Shown: piece after piece, positions 37,238 to 46,516 of the stretch
Position numbering within the stretch: the stretch's first letter is position 1
Layout: each line of letters opens with the position of its first letter
DNA from: a virus
Lineage: Duplodnaviria > Caudoviricetes
Length of the DNA stretch: 64,000 bases
Reading direction: 5' to 3' (one strand)
Virus record (IMG/VR): IMGVR_UViG_3300021592_000001
Location: 32,001-96,000 of that record
The notes under the pieces: model-generated
The model's input: the letters and a program-made list of their open reading frames with translations, nothing else
Databases searched by the model: none
Told to the model about the DNA's origin: nothing
Translations under genes and position numbers: made by a program

Positions 37238-37760
37238 GACTTTTCTCCCTCTGCAACATATTACTAATTAGCGACTCAAGTTCATATATAGTCTTACTAG
37301 CATTCTCATGCAAGATAGCTTGTCCTCTGTTCTTTTTCCATTCCATTACGTTTCTGAAATCATCATCAATTAAAATATGGGACGAGCTTGCGAAGAATCT
37401 TTTCTCTTCCCTACGACACGTAATCATAGGGACTCTACCAATCTCTTTTTTAATCCATAATAATTTACCTTCCTCTGCATGAATAGCCTCATCAGGTACA
37501 GCAGTGAGTATAATTGGATCGTATTTACTTACGTGACGCCATAGTTTTTCACCGTCTTTCATCCATCCCATATCTACCCAGAACTTTTTCCCTTTCGAGT
37601 TTATAGCTCTCCAGAACAGTTCCCTTTCATGTTTGCTCAGAATATGTTTCTTATCTTTATCCACAAGATCCTTCAGATAAGGAAACTCTTTAGAGAGAGC
37701 ACTCACTTTCCCATCAAAATCCGTTAAGACGCCATCCATATCTACAAACAGTCTGATCAT
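37218..37760 (-). CDS. HAD-family 5'(3')-deoxyribonucleotidase
   Basis: FVDMDGVL.DF, ILTA, K..W and ILIDD...N..W...G motifs. Confidence 0.85.
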   Translation of the reverse strand: MIRLFVDMDGVLTDFDGKVSALSKEFPYLKDLVDKDKKHILSKHERELFWRAINSKGKKFWVDMGWMKDGEKLWRHVSKYDPIILTAVPDEAIHAEEGKLLWIKKEIGRVPMITCRREEKRFFASSSHILIDDDFRNVMEWKKNRGQAILHENASKTIYELESLISNMLQREKSHEKKKG

Positions 37761-38872
37761 GAGTTTTTACCTCCAGCGACGTGGACTATCCTGAATGTAG
37801 CCGCTATCAACACATGCTTTGGATCTACAGCATACCTTACCTTGTTAGAAGCATCTACTAGAATGTCCAGTATGTCTAACATCGTCCCTTTAGGGAGATT
37901 GTCTAACTTATACTTCTTCAGGTGTTCGAAGAATCTCTGGTAGTCATAGTAATGACTGCAAAGCTTCGGACTTACCTTGCTATAAATAGCATTTATGTGA
38001 TAGTCTATAAGAGTCCTTATGAAGGATTCGTAAGAGGTTGATACCTGGTGAATGGATTTAATAGCAGAAGTATATTTACCAGAATATACGCTGAGAAGAT
38101 ACTGTATGATTAAGTCACTTCGAGTGTACCCCAAAGTCTCCTGAACTACAGAAAGCAAAGACTCCGCATCAACTTTAGACTCTCCAGAAGATACATAGTT
38201 TACTACTGCTTCCAAACCTTGCAAAGAATCTCTCGGCTGACCTCCACATAGTTCTGCTATCTGAAGAAGTGTCTGCTTTGGTATTTTTATTCTCTCTTTT
38301 TTGCACACTCGCTTTAACAACTTAGCGGTTTCCCTAGGGTCTACAGGTTTCATGTGAAGTTTTAGACATCTTCCTCTAACAGTTGCAGGCAGCTTCTCAG
38401 GATTTGTTGTTACCAATATCCATATTGTATTTGGTGGAGGCTCTTCAAGGGGTTTGAGGAAAGCTGCTATTGAATTCTGGCTGACAGCGTGCAGTTCATC
38501 AAGTATAAATATGCGAAAGTTTGACTGAGGAGCATAATTAGCAGAATTTATTAGTTCCCTCATAAAGTCTATACCAGTCTTGTCCCCCATGTTAATCTCA
38601 TGAACATCTGGATGTTCGGAAATCTCCCTCAAACAACTTTCACACTTATTGCAAGGTATTTTCTTACCTTGACAGTTTACATATCTTGCAATCATTCTAG
38701 CTATACTCGTCTTACCAGTTCCAGTCTCTCCTATAATCAGAATGCTACGTGCTATCTTTCTTCTTTCAAACATTCCCTGTAATATACTGACAACTTCAGA
38801 CTGGCCGATGAAGTCCTCCAGTAACCTGGGTCTATATTTAACCGCAAAAGATTCGTCGATTCTAAATTTCAT
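37757..38872 (-). CDS. dnaX: clamp loader, DNA polymerase III gamma/tau-like
   Basis: KYRP....D..GQ, GETGTGKTS.AR, C..PC..C.SC, ILDE.H, LEEPP and RGRC motifs. Confidence 0.9.
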   Translation of the reverse strand: MKFRIDESFAVKYRPRLLEDFIGQSEVVSILQGMFERRKIARSILIIGETGTGKTSIARMIARYVNCQGKKIPCNKCESCLREISEHPDVHEINMGDKTGIDFMRELINSANYAPQSNFRIFILDELHAVSQNSIAAFLKPLEEPPPNTIWILVTTNPEKLPATVRGRCLKLHMKPVDPRETAKLLKRVCKKERIKIPKQTLLQIAELCGGQPRDSLQGLEAVVNYVSSGESKVDAESLLSVVQETLGYTRSDLIIQYLLSVYSGKYTSAIKSIHQVSTSYESFIRTLIDYHINAIYSKVSPKLCSHYYDYQRFFEHLKKYKLDNLPKGTMLDILDILVDASNKVRYAVDPKHVLIAATFRIVHVAGGKNS

Positions 38873-38931
38873 CCATTATACCTCCTACTTATACTTTACA
38901 AGATAGGAAAAACATAAATAATTACAATAAC

Positions 38932-39651
38932 TTACGCTATTGGACCGAGATACTGAATTATGAAATCCCTTATTACCTTATTGTAAAAATACGTCAGAAC
39001 AGGGCTCCTGAATGTCAGGCTAATAGTCCTAAGAGCGGTCAACATTGGAACAATCTCTGTCCAATGACAGAGAGCTATCGCTTCCATCATAGTCAACCTT
39101 ACAAACCTCCTCAATGTCCACCTCACCTGAATTATCTTATCACGGGAATAGATATAAACTGGCGGGTCTATATTCATGAAATCGTTGAACCACTTCACAA
39201 CATTCTTGTCTTTCACCTCATCTATGCTTTCTTTCTTTATGATGAGTTCGGGTATCCCATATTTAAGGCAGGATCTAAGCACCTCTATTTCCATCGGCCT
39301 ATTAGCTATTAAACATTGGAATAGCTCATGTATCAGATTTATAGAGAAATCATTAATGTTGCCAAGAGACTCTATGTCCACTACTAGCTTACCTTTTCTA
39401 TATCGTAATTGGCCATGTTTGACTGACGGCAATCTATTAGCTCTGAAGTTTCTAAGCCATCCTGTTCCTATATATACCTTATTTTTGGAGAGGTACTGTA
39501 GGACTACACCTGCAATAGCAGGATCATTGGTATTATCGAGTAACTCTTTGTAGACTCCCTCAAATTCCTGCTCTACCTGTTCTTTGCTTATGCCAGATAC
39601 CAGTATTTCTAATTCGAATTTAAGATCATAACTGCTGTTACTCTCTTTCAT
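38932..39651 (-). CDS. hypothetical protein
   Basis: 239-aa ORF; IHELFQ. Confidence 0.6.
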   Translation of the reverse strand: MKESNSSYDLKFELEILVSGISKEQVEQEFEGVYKELLDNTNDPAIAGVVLQYLSKNKVYIGTGWLRNFRANRLPSVKHGQLRYRKGKLVVDIESLGNINDFSINLIHELFQCLIANRPMEIEVLRSCLKYGIPELIIKKESIDEVKDKNVVKWFNDFMNIDPPVYIYSRDKIIQVRWTLRRFVRLTMMEAIALCHWTEIVPMLTALRTISLTFRSPVLTYFYNKVIRDFIIQYLGPIA

Positions 39652-39704
39652 ATTCCTTCTCCATTTTACTTATAGTGAGAGAAAAAGGAGTAGTAGCTTC
39701 GTAG

Positions 39705-39916
39705 CGTCCTCTTCGGGGACGATAGAATCACGACCTTCGGTCGTGATTCCTAAAAAGAGAGAAAAGATAAGGAAAAAAGTTAGATTACCCTCCGTTGTAT
39801 GACTTATACATACAACATACAGCAGAAGAACGTCCCTCTCTCTTTCTTTCTCTTTCTTTCTTTAATGATTGCGACCGAAGGTCGCAATCATGTGTTGCCT
39901 CCGAAGGAGGCAACAC
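39705..39916. repeat. symmetric array of four triloop hairpins around a central palindrome (candidate replication origin)
   Basis: Inverted repeats at 39705-39721, 39725-39749, 39794-39816, 39865-39891 and 39892-39916, read directly from the sequence. Confidence 0.85.
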
Positions 39917-40135
39917 TTAGTATCGCTGCCCTCCCCACTTCTCACATGAGATACCTCCTAATTGCGGGGATGGTATGAGTGCACACCTCATCCAAATAGG
40001 ATGGCGATTTTTTGCAAAATTTTGGGATTTTTGTGACCAAAATAGTTCGCCATCCATAAAAAAGTCCGAGGGTTAATTTTTCAGAAGAGAACACAGGAAA
40101 TAGCCTTAAAGGAATGATTGCAATATAGCTTCTTA

Positions 40136-41998
40136 TCAACATCTTAAGACTACAGTCTCCTTTATACGAGAGATAGGCACTTTTCCTGGTTCTCTTATTG
40201 CTTCTAGTGTTCTCTTATCTTTTATTGCTTTGTTCACAAGATCGCCACACCCTCGGAAGATGGCGATCCTGGCTTTCCTTATTTTGGATTTTAGTTTTCT
40301 GAATTCTATCTTTGTCTTTTTTGGGATTTTATACTTTGCAGTATATTCCTTCTTCTTGAGACTTATTATCTTTTCATTGCATTTCTCCTTCTCTTGAGGT
40401 TTATTGTTCATGAGGATCCTGTATTTCTTCTTTCCGTGGAGTATATAGGCTGCAACTCTCGCTTTCCCGCTTTCAATTAGGCGAACTGCACTTGTGACCA
40501 GCTTATCTACAAATTCCGATATCTTCCTACGTCTGGTTCTCTTTTTCTTGTAAGACTTTATTATTTGGCTTCTTGTGCGTCTTATTTCCTTTTTCAAGGA
40601 GAGCTCGGCGAGTCTTCTAACTCTTAGCCGTCTTTCCCTTTCTGCTGCTTCTGCTTCCTCTTTCTTGCGTCTTCTTTCGGCTTCCTCTTGAGCACGCCTG
40701 TCCAGTTTTGCTTTGTAGTAATCCATGTATTCATATACAAGATGTCTTCTGTGAGACTCTCTCCTAGATTCGGCTTCTCTGAACCTACATGCAGATATTA
40801 TATGGGCATTGACATGTGATGAGAACAGGTCTGTTATGTTTTCGTCTTTTACCTTCTCATCAGGTTTCTTGCACATTTCTGCATATAAGGAGTGAAGCTT
40901 CTCTCTCGCTTCCTTTGCCTTCTTACCTTTACCAGCTACGTCATACCATCCCCCAAAAGCATAGCAGAAATATTTCTCACAGTCGCTCAACCACCACTCT
41001 CCAGACATTCCGCTTTTATAAAAGGCTTTCGTATATTTGTCTCCGTCTATCCACGTAAGGCTATTCTTCTTTCTTGTTTTGAGATACTGATTCCTGAACG
41101 ACTTCTTATTAGGGCATTTCTTCAAGGATTTGATGTCGGTAGTGTCAACTTTAGGGTGATTAGCGAAGAAAGGATCTTTGTAGTTCTGCGATGTTTTGTT
41201 TCCAAGGATCTTGTCAATAGCATGGAGTTTCTTGCGTATTCGCTTATATATTCTTGCTATGTCCTTGCATTTGAATATCGCCGATATTGCTTTCTCACGG
41301 ATCTGATTTTTGCAGATCTTTGCATGTAGGTCTTCAATATAAAAGAAAACCTCTGCAGAAGTGGTAGGATTTGCTATGCGTATTTTAGTAGAACCTTTTA
41401 GTATGTTACCTATAAACTTTAGGAAATAAGCTACCGTTCCGAGTGGTCTAAGTTCATCTGATTCCTGCTCCCGTTTCATCGCTGCAATTATAGCACTTAC
41501 CTTGACAGGTATAAATCTCAGCCCGGGGCATAAACTCTCTATTCCTTTGGCTGCATATTTCTCCAGCAGTTTCGATACTAGTATTTCCTTTATTTCCGAT
41601 ATTAGATTATTTGCTTGATTGAAGTGAACGACTTCTCCTAAACCTCCTCCACCGCCTAAGTAGTTTGCAAACGTCTGTTTATTATAGTCGGGAGAATACT
41701 TCCAACCTCCTCTAAGCGTTCTTGTTCCTGCGAGGACAGCTGAATGCCACGATTTTATTATTCTTTCTTTTTTCCATTTTGCCCATACGTCATCACTGTC
41801 GAACTCAGGCATTATCTTGCCATAACCTTCAAATAAGGCATTGTCGAATTCGCTCCAGTCGTTCACCCTTGTATCGTTCGTAGTTGGTGAGAACAGCAGC
41901 CATGCACTTCCTACCCTTCTTTCGTTATTACTCTCCTTTAGCAGCTCTGCTTTGTCGTATAGCTCTGTAGATTTCCCTCTTATAGGGTTATAGTTCAT
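40136..41998 (-). CDS. large basic hypothetical protein (candidate origin-binding/initiator)
   Basis: 620-aa K/R-rich ORF ending about 220 bp from the hairpin array; no recognised family motif. Confidence 0.6.
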   Translation of the reverse strand: MNYNPIRGKSTELYDKAELLKESNNERRVGSAWLLFSPTTNDTRVNDWSEFDNALFEGYGKIMPEFDSDDVWAKWKKERIIKSWHSAVLAGTRTLRGGWKYSPDYNKQTFANYLGGGGGLGEVVHFNQANNLISEIKEILVSKLLEKYAAKGIESLCPGLRFIPVKVSAIIAAMKREQESDELRPLGTVAYFLKFIGNILKGSTKIRIANPTTSAEVFFYIEDLHAKICKNQIREKAISAIFKCKDIARIYKRIRKKLHAIDKILGNKTSQNYKDPFFANHPKVDTTDIKSLKKCPNKKSFRNQYLKTRKKNSLTWIDGDKYTKAFYKSGMSGEWWLSDCEKYFCYAFGGWYDVAGKGKKAKEAREKLHSLYAEMCKKPDEKVKDENITDLFSSHVNAHIISACRFREAESRRESHRRHLVYEYMDYYKAKLDRRAQEEAERRRKKEEAEAAERERRLRVRRLAELSLKKEIRRTRSQIIKSYKKKRTRRRKISEFVDKLVTSAVRLIESGKARVAAYILHGKKKYRILMNNKPQEKEKCNEKIISLKKKEYTAKYKIPKKTKIEFRKLKSKIRKARIAIFRGCGDLVNKAIKDKRTLEAIREPGKVPISRIKETVVLRC

Positions 41999-42984
41999 AC
42001 TCCTGCTTTCTTCCTAACTTTTTTGAGAATCTTGAAGCATCCTTTTATTTCTTCTCTGTTTAGCCCTAAGCTCTTTAGGAAAGGCTTGAGACCGCTTGTA
42101 ATACTCTCCTTTACTTTGTATTTTCCTAGCTTTGCCTCGTTCATGCTTCCAGTGGCTATTACATTTTCTGGGAACTTACCTTTGAGCGATGATTTTTTGA
42201 GGAGGAGTTTGACGTATGCGTCTTTTGGTATCTTCCCTCCTTCCTTTACCACTACGAGGGGTTTACTTTTCACTTCTATAAATTCGGGTTCAGTGGGATT
42301 ATCTGTATCAACAATAAGTACTCCTTTTGGAGGATATTCGTCAAATTTATGTTGTATAGGGGATCCGCACTGAAAAGCATTCGGCAGAGAGAGTTGCTGT
42401 TTGAGATGTATCCCGCCCATAGCATAGTAGGTTACATCAAATTTTTTGAATTTATTGAGATCTATTCCAGATTTGAGTCTATATCCAGTGTCAGATCTTG
42501 TTCCTATAGTGGTGTCATGTCCTACCACGATTACAGACTTTCTATCCTTTGGAACTGACTTTAGCATTTTCTTCAGGATTTTCAGGCGAAAGGAGGGAAG
42601 TGTTATGAAGTAGTTATCGTCGATGTTTATAATGTCTGGTCTTACTTCACTGACTCTGAGATTCTTAAATTTGTTCCTCGATTCCAATATCTTTAGAAAA
42701 TGTATGGAACTTCTCTGGAAATCTATCGAGTCATGATTACCCTCCATTATTATTGTAGTGAACTTGTCGTCATATTGCAGGAGTTTCTTCAGTAGAAGAT
42801 CTCTCTCCTCGCTGGTAGGTTCGTTCTTTTGGAAGATATCTCCTGCTACTACTATGACTTTTATTCCTTTCTGTCTTGCTATACTGTATATCTGGTCTAT
42901 AGAGTTGCTGTGCCTGTCTAAATAATTGGGTATCCGTCGAGCTCCACTTCCTATATGCCAGTCTGACGTATGCAGAAACTTCAT
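41995..42984 (-). CDS. sbcD: SbcD/Mre11 (gp47-like) nuclease
   Basis: HTSDWH, AGDIF, GNHD, GH, Y.AMG.IH and GSP.Q..FDE motifs. Confidence 0.9.
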   Translation of the reverse strand: MKFLHTSDWHIGSGARRIPNYLDRHSNSIDQIYSIARQKGIKVIVVAGDIFQKNEPTSEERDLLLKKLLQYDDKFTTIIMEGNHDSIDFQRSSIHFLKILESRNKFKNLRVSEVRPDIINIDDNYFITLPSFRLKILKKMLKSVPKDRKSVIVVGHDTTIGTRSDTGYRLKSGIDLNKFKKFDVTYYAMGGIHLKQQLSLPNAFQCGSPIQHKFDEYPPKGVLIVDTDNPTEPEFIEVKSKPLVVVKEGGKIPKDAYVKLLLKKSSLKGKFPENVIATGSMNEAKLGKYKVKESITSGLKPFLKSLGLNREEIKGCFKILKKVRKKAGV

Positions 42985-42986
42985 AG

Positions 42987-43478
42987 CTATACTAAGTCTT
43001 TTGTTTTTGGTAAGACGTTAAGCAGATCTTTAGCAGAAGATACAAAATTCCTAAGAGATTGAATCACTGCGGACAGCTTAGTTTTCAGTCCTATCCACAT
43101 TTTCTTGATGAAGTCTCTTACAGATGCAGTAGTTGATTTAGTTATTTTTACGTATTCCTGAGTGTATGAATTTGCACGTCTTATTCTATCCATTGTCTTC
43201 TGCAAGTCTTTATTTACTTTGTCATAGAGCTTGTCATATACCTGCTTCCATTTTGTTATTTTCTTCTCATATTTTAGTATCCTTGCTGTTCTGCCCTTTA
43301 GTTTTACCAGAATTTCATCAGTCTCTCGGAATTCCTTTTTAACGTGTTTTTGTATGTAGGACTCTATCTTTTCCTGTTCCGCCGAAATTTCCATCATTCT
43401 TTCCTTCAGTGCTTCATACTCTTCTGCCAAGTCTAAATACTTTTCAAGTTTCCTTTTAGTTTTCTTCGAAAGAGCCAT
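42987..43478 (-). CDS. hypothetical coiled-coil protein
   Basis: GGAGG RBS; 163 aa. Confidence 0.6.
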   Translation of the reverse strand: MALSKKTKRKLEKYLDLAEEYEALKERMMEISAEQEKIESYIQKHVKKEFRETDEILVKLKGRTARILKYEKKITKWKQVYDKLYDKVNKDLQKTMDRIRRANSYTQEYVKITKSTTASVRDFIKKMWIGLKTKLSAVIQSLRNFVSSAKDLLNVLPKTKDLV

Positions 43479-43514
43479 TTCTTTCCTCCTGTGAAGAAGA
43501 TATAATTTCTGTTG

Positions 43515-44858
43515 CTATTTTCCTGTTTGCTTGAAGTAAAGTTTAAAAGCCTCTCCGCTTTTGATCTGGCTCCAGCAAGCCTTTCTCAGATCTCTGTTCT
43601 CTTTCTTATTGTATTTTAGCTTGAATTTTTTGAACACGGACTTCTTGTTGGGATTTAAAATGAGTTCCTTTAGCTGAGCCCATTGCCATCTTCTATTTTG
43701 CCACGGACCAGGAACTAGTATATAGTATCCTCTTCTGTCTCCTGTTATCTGATTGGTCTCTACGAGGTATTGATAAGTGTCCCAAAATGGATCGAAGCCG
43801 AAACCTGCCTTACCTTTATGAGATACCCATATTCTAGCTATCGTCTGTCTGAATGGTACGAATGTTTTGTTCTTAGTTGTTCTTATGCTTACGTATCTAT
43901 AAGTGTCCTTGCCTTTCTTATCCCAAGAGACTTCTTCCTCTATCATTCCAGACCCGTGAGGAACAGATATCCCGCTTATTCTTACTCTTATATCGCTATG
44001 ATGCCTCACTGTATTGCCACACGGTTCGTACTCAGGATTGCCGTACATGCTCCCAGGTCGTTCTCTTATCTGATTTATGGCGATAATAGAACACCTCTTT
44101 CTCGCCAGTTTGCCTCGTATTAGTGGAACGTAGTCGCTAAACATTCTAGCTAGCATGGCTTGAGGGCTTTTACTGCTATCTTCTTCTCTAGCTTCAGGCA
44201 GCATCGCAGGCAGACTATCTATAAACCAAACCATTTGAATCTTTCCGTCTTCAACTGGTATCCAGTATTTGCCTGTAGTTTTGAACAAGCCCTTGCTATA
44301 ACTCTTTCTTTTCATGCTTTGGGGGAGCTTGTCAAAGACTAAAAACCATTGGTCGTCATGGTAAACCTTATCTGGAAGATGCTTTAGAACATTATGTATA
44401 TAACGGAATATTGGTTCACCAAGATCTGGCTGGTGATATCTACATTTCGGTTCTACCTTCCATGTATTGTCTTCATTCCTGAGACCAAATATTTTATCTA
44501 TACTTTTGATTTTAAGTATTCTTGTTATATAAGGAGGGTCAAGCGACCCTTCAAAGTCGAAGAAATCACTCATTATTTCTGATTTTATAACTTGTTTGAT
44601 AGTTTGATAGACCAATGTGCTTTTTCCAGATGCCTCCTTACCGAATATCGTTATCCATCTTCCAGGAGCCCATCCTCCCCCAGTGATAAGATCGCAACAC
44701 AAATTTCCAGAAGATACGGTGTCTTCAACATATTTAGCTCTTTTAATGGAAATCGGTAGTATGTCATCTTCAACGCCTAGTTTATCCAGCTCTTTTATAC
44801 TAACGTGCCCTATACCGTCAACAATAGACAATAGCTTCTTTCTCTTTTTTCTTGCCAT
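43515..44858 (-). CDS. recA: RecA/UvsX recombinase
   Basis: SSG...D...GGG, G.EASGKST, D.EG..DP, IDS..AM, INQIRE.PG.MYGNPE and KNK motifs. Confidence 0.9.
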   Translation of the reverse strand: MARKKRKKLLSIVDGIGHVSIKELDKLGVEDDILPISIKRAKYVEDTVSSGNLCCDLITGGGWAPGRWITIFGKEASGKSTLVYQTIKQVIKSEIMSDFFDFEGSLDPPYITRILKIKSIDKIFGLRNEDNTWKVEPKCRYHQPDLGEPIFRYIHNVLKHLPDKVYHDDQWFLVFDKLPQSMKRKSYSKGLFKTTGKYWIPVEDGKIQMVWFIDSLPAMLPEAREEDSSKSPQAMLARMFSDYVPLIRGKLARKRCSIIAINQIRERPGSMYGNPEYEPCGNTVRHHSDIRVRISGISVPHGSGMIEEEVSWDKKGKDTYRYVSIRTTKNKTFVPFRQTIARIWVSHKGKAGFGFDPFWDTYQYLVETNQITGDRRGYYILVPGPWQNRRWQWAQLKELILNPNKKSVFKKFKLKYNKKENRDLRKACWSQIKSGEAFKLYFKQTGK

Positions 44859-44862
44859 ATTT

Positions 44863-45504
44863 CTACCTCAATATATTGAGAAGTTGTTTTTCGACGAGAT
44901 TTCTCCTGTTCATTCTAGCTAAGACATGGCTCACGTACATGTCTGCATGGTGAAGGAGGAGCGTTAGTGGAAGCTCTTTATTCTTGATGTCTTTCCCCGA
45001 ATTCATATACATCCCTCCATGATATAATATCGCCTGATATTCATCTTCTGATAATTTTATGTCGAATTCGTTTAAGATCCAGACTGACCTAACTTCGTGA
45101 GGTATCTGCGTGATCTTTTCATTTACCGTATATGGCGGTCCTTCGCCTTCAAGAGGAATGTATAAATGTTCTGTCTTCGTCCCTATTTTTCCGAGATCGT
45201 GAAATAGCCCAGTCGTAACTACTTTGTCGATTGTTACATCGTTTGGATATAGGTGCATGTCGTGCATCATTTTAAGTGTAACAAATACGGAGTGGTTTAT
45301 AAGCCCTCCATTGTACGAGTCATGGTGTTTTGCGGAAGCAGGTGACTGTCGGAATCTTTTTATGATACCTTCATCATACATCATAAATAGCAGCTTTTTC
45401 TTTCTGTTTTTATCACGAATCATCTCCAGCAATTTCCCAAAAGTCTTTTCTCTTATTTTCATCTTAAGTTTCCTTAATGCATTCGGTTCTGTACTTGCAG
45501 TCAA
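44863..45504 (-). CDS. HD-domain phosphohydrolase (YhaM-like)
   Basis: SPAS.KHH....GGL..HS, HDLGK and H.AD motifs. Confidence 0.85.
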   Translation of the reverse strand: MTASTEPNALRKLKMKIREKTFGKLLEMIRDKNRKKKLLFMMYDEGIIKRFRQSPASAKHHDSYNGGLINHSVFVTLKMMHDMHLYPNDVTIDKVVTTGLFHDLGKIGTKTEHLYIPLEGEGPPYTVNEKITQIPHEVRSVWILNEFDIKLSEDEYQAILYHGGMYMNSGKDIKNKELPLTLLLHHADMYVSHVLARMNRRNLVEKQLLNILR

Positions 45505-46483
45505 AGCATTTTATTTTACCTTTGTAATCGCCAAAGCACTTTGGCTTTTTGCTCTTTTTCGCTTTGGCTTTCTTTTTCTTCTTATTTTTCTTTTTATCCT
45601 TTTTGCTTTTCATTTTCTTTGCTTTCTTTTTTCTTTTCTTCGACGTTCTTTCTTCTTCTTCCTCTTCGATTTCCTCATCTTCTTCGATATTTATTACTCT
45701 GCCAGACCTAGTCTCAGATGACTTCTTCCTCTTTTCCTTTCCCTTCTTTCTAGCAGCCTTCGCTTGTTCTTCGTCTAACAACAGCGCTTCAGACGGCCTG
45801 AGATATCCTAGTCTTATCAGGTCTGCTTCCTGTTTAGCCATGTCTACAGACACTGCATTCTCCACGTCGAATAGCTGATAATTACGCTCTTCTTTTGTCA
45901 GAGGGGTGTGATCGCCTTTCTGGACATCGTAAGCTGTGGAAGGCGATTCATTGGAATCGTATTTTATAAATACGTCACAACCGTAGTCTGGATCTGACAG
46001 CTCACAGGTTACCGTTTTTCCACGTATCTTGTGCTTATTCAATGCCACTATGTTCTTTAGCTGACTGGCGCAAGAAACTGGTATTTTGAATACCTTTATC
46101 GGAGACCATGATTCGTCTCCAACTTTTCTGAATTTTCCTTTCTTGGCCTTTTTGATTTTGGCTTTCAGAGGTTTGTTTTCTTGCAATTCCCTGTCGATAA
46201 AATTGGCGAAGTAGAATTTATTTGTTTCTATGCCTGCTCTGCAGGCAGGGCACTTGTTATCTATAAACTGTTCCGTCTTTGGATCATAGCTCCCACAAGT
46301 CATCGGAAACTTGGTTTTACTTCCGTCGCTTTTGATAACTGTAACCCAATGCCTTACAGCACTGGATACAGGACCGACAGGTCTCAATTGTTTATACTTG
46401 CCATCTTTCAGTTCTCCCCAGTCAAGATTTTCTTCCCACTTTTTATCTTGCGCTGCGGATGGTTTGATGTCTCCCCATTTCAT
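45464..46483 (-). CDS. single-stranded DNA-binding protein (gp32-like) with Lys-rich tail and terminal Cys4 motif
   Basis: R..GP....RHW, C...CP.C, Y.AN.IDR and L.DP..G.D..I..D.....Y.V motifs; located between the sigma factor and recA. Confidence 0.6.
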   Translation of the reverse strand: MKWGDIKPSAAQDKKWEENLDWGELKDGKYKQLRPVGPVSSAVRHWVTVIKSDGSKTKFPMTCGSYDPKTEQFIDNKCPACRAGIETNKFYFANFIDRELQENKPLKAKIKKAKKGKFRKVGDESWSPIKVFKIPVSCASQLKNIVALNKHKIRGKTVTCELSDPDYGCDVFIKYDSNESPSTAYDVQKGDHTPLTKEERNYQLFDVENAVSVDMAKQEADLIRLGYLRPSEALLLDEEQAKAARKKGKEKRKKSSETRSGRVINIEEDEEIEEEEEERTSKKRKKKAKKMKSKKDKKKNKKKKKAKAKKSKKPKCFGDYKGKIKCFDCKYRTECIKET

Positions 46484-46516
46484 AGTAATACCCTCCTTTC
46501 CGATTACTAATACTGA

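Noticed and set aside
39705-39916. Hairpins as rho-independent terminators, tRNA or a CRISPR array
   Set aside because: No 3' U-tracts, no cloverleaf or T-loop consensus, and the units are not identical direct repeats with spacers.
39942-40142. 66-aa ORF beside the hairpin array
   Set aside because: No convincing RBS and atypical composition; probably part of the non-coding region.
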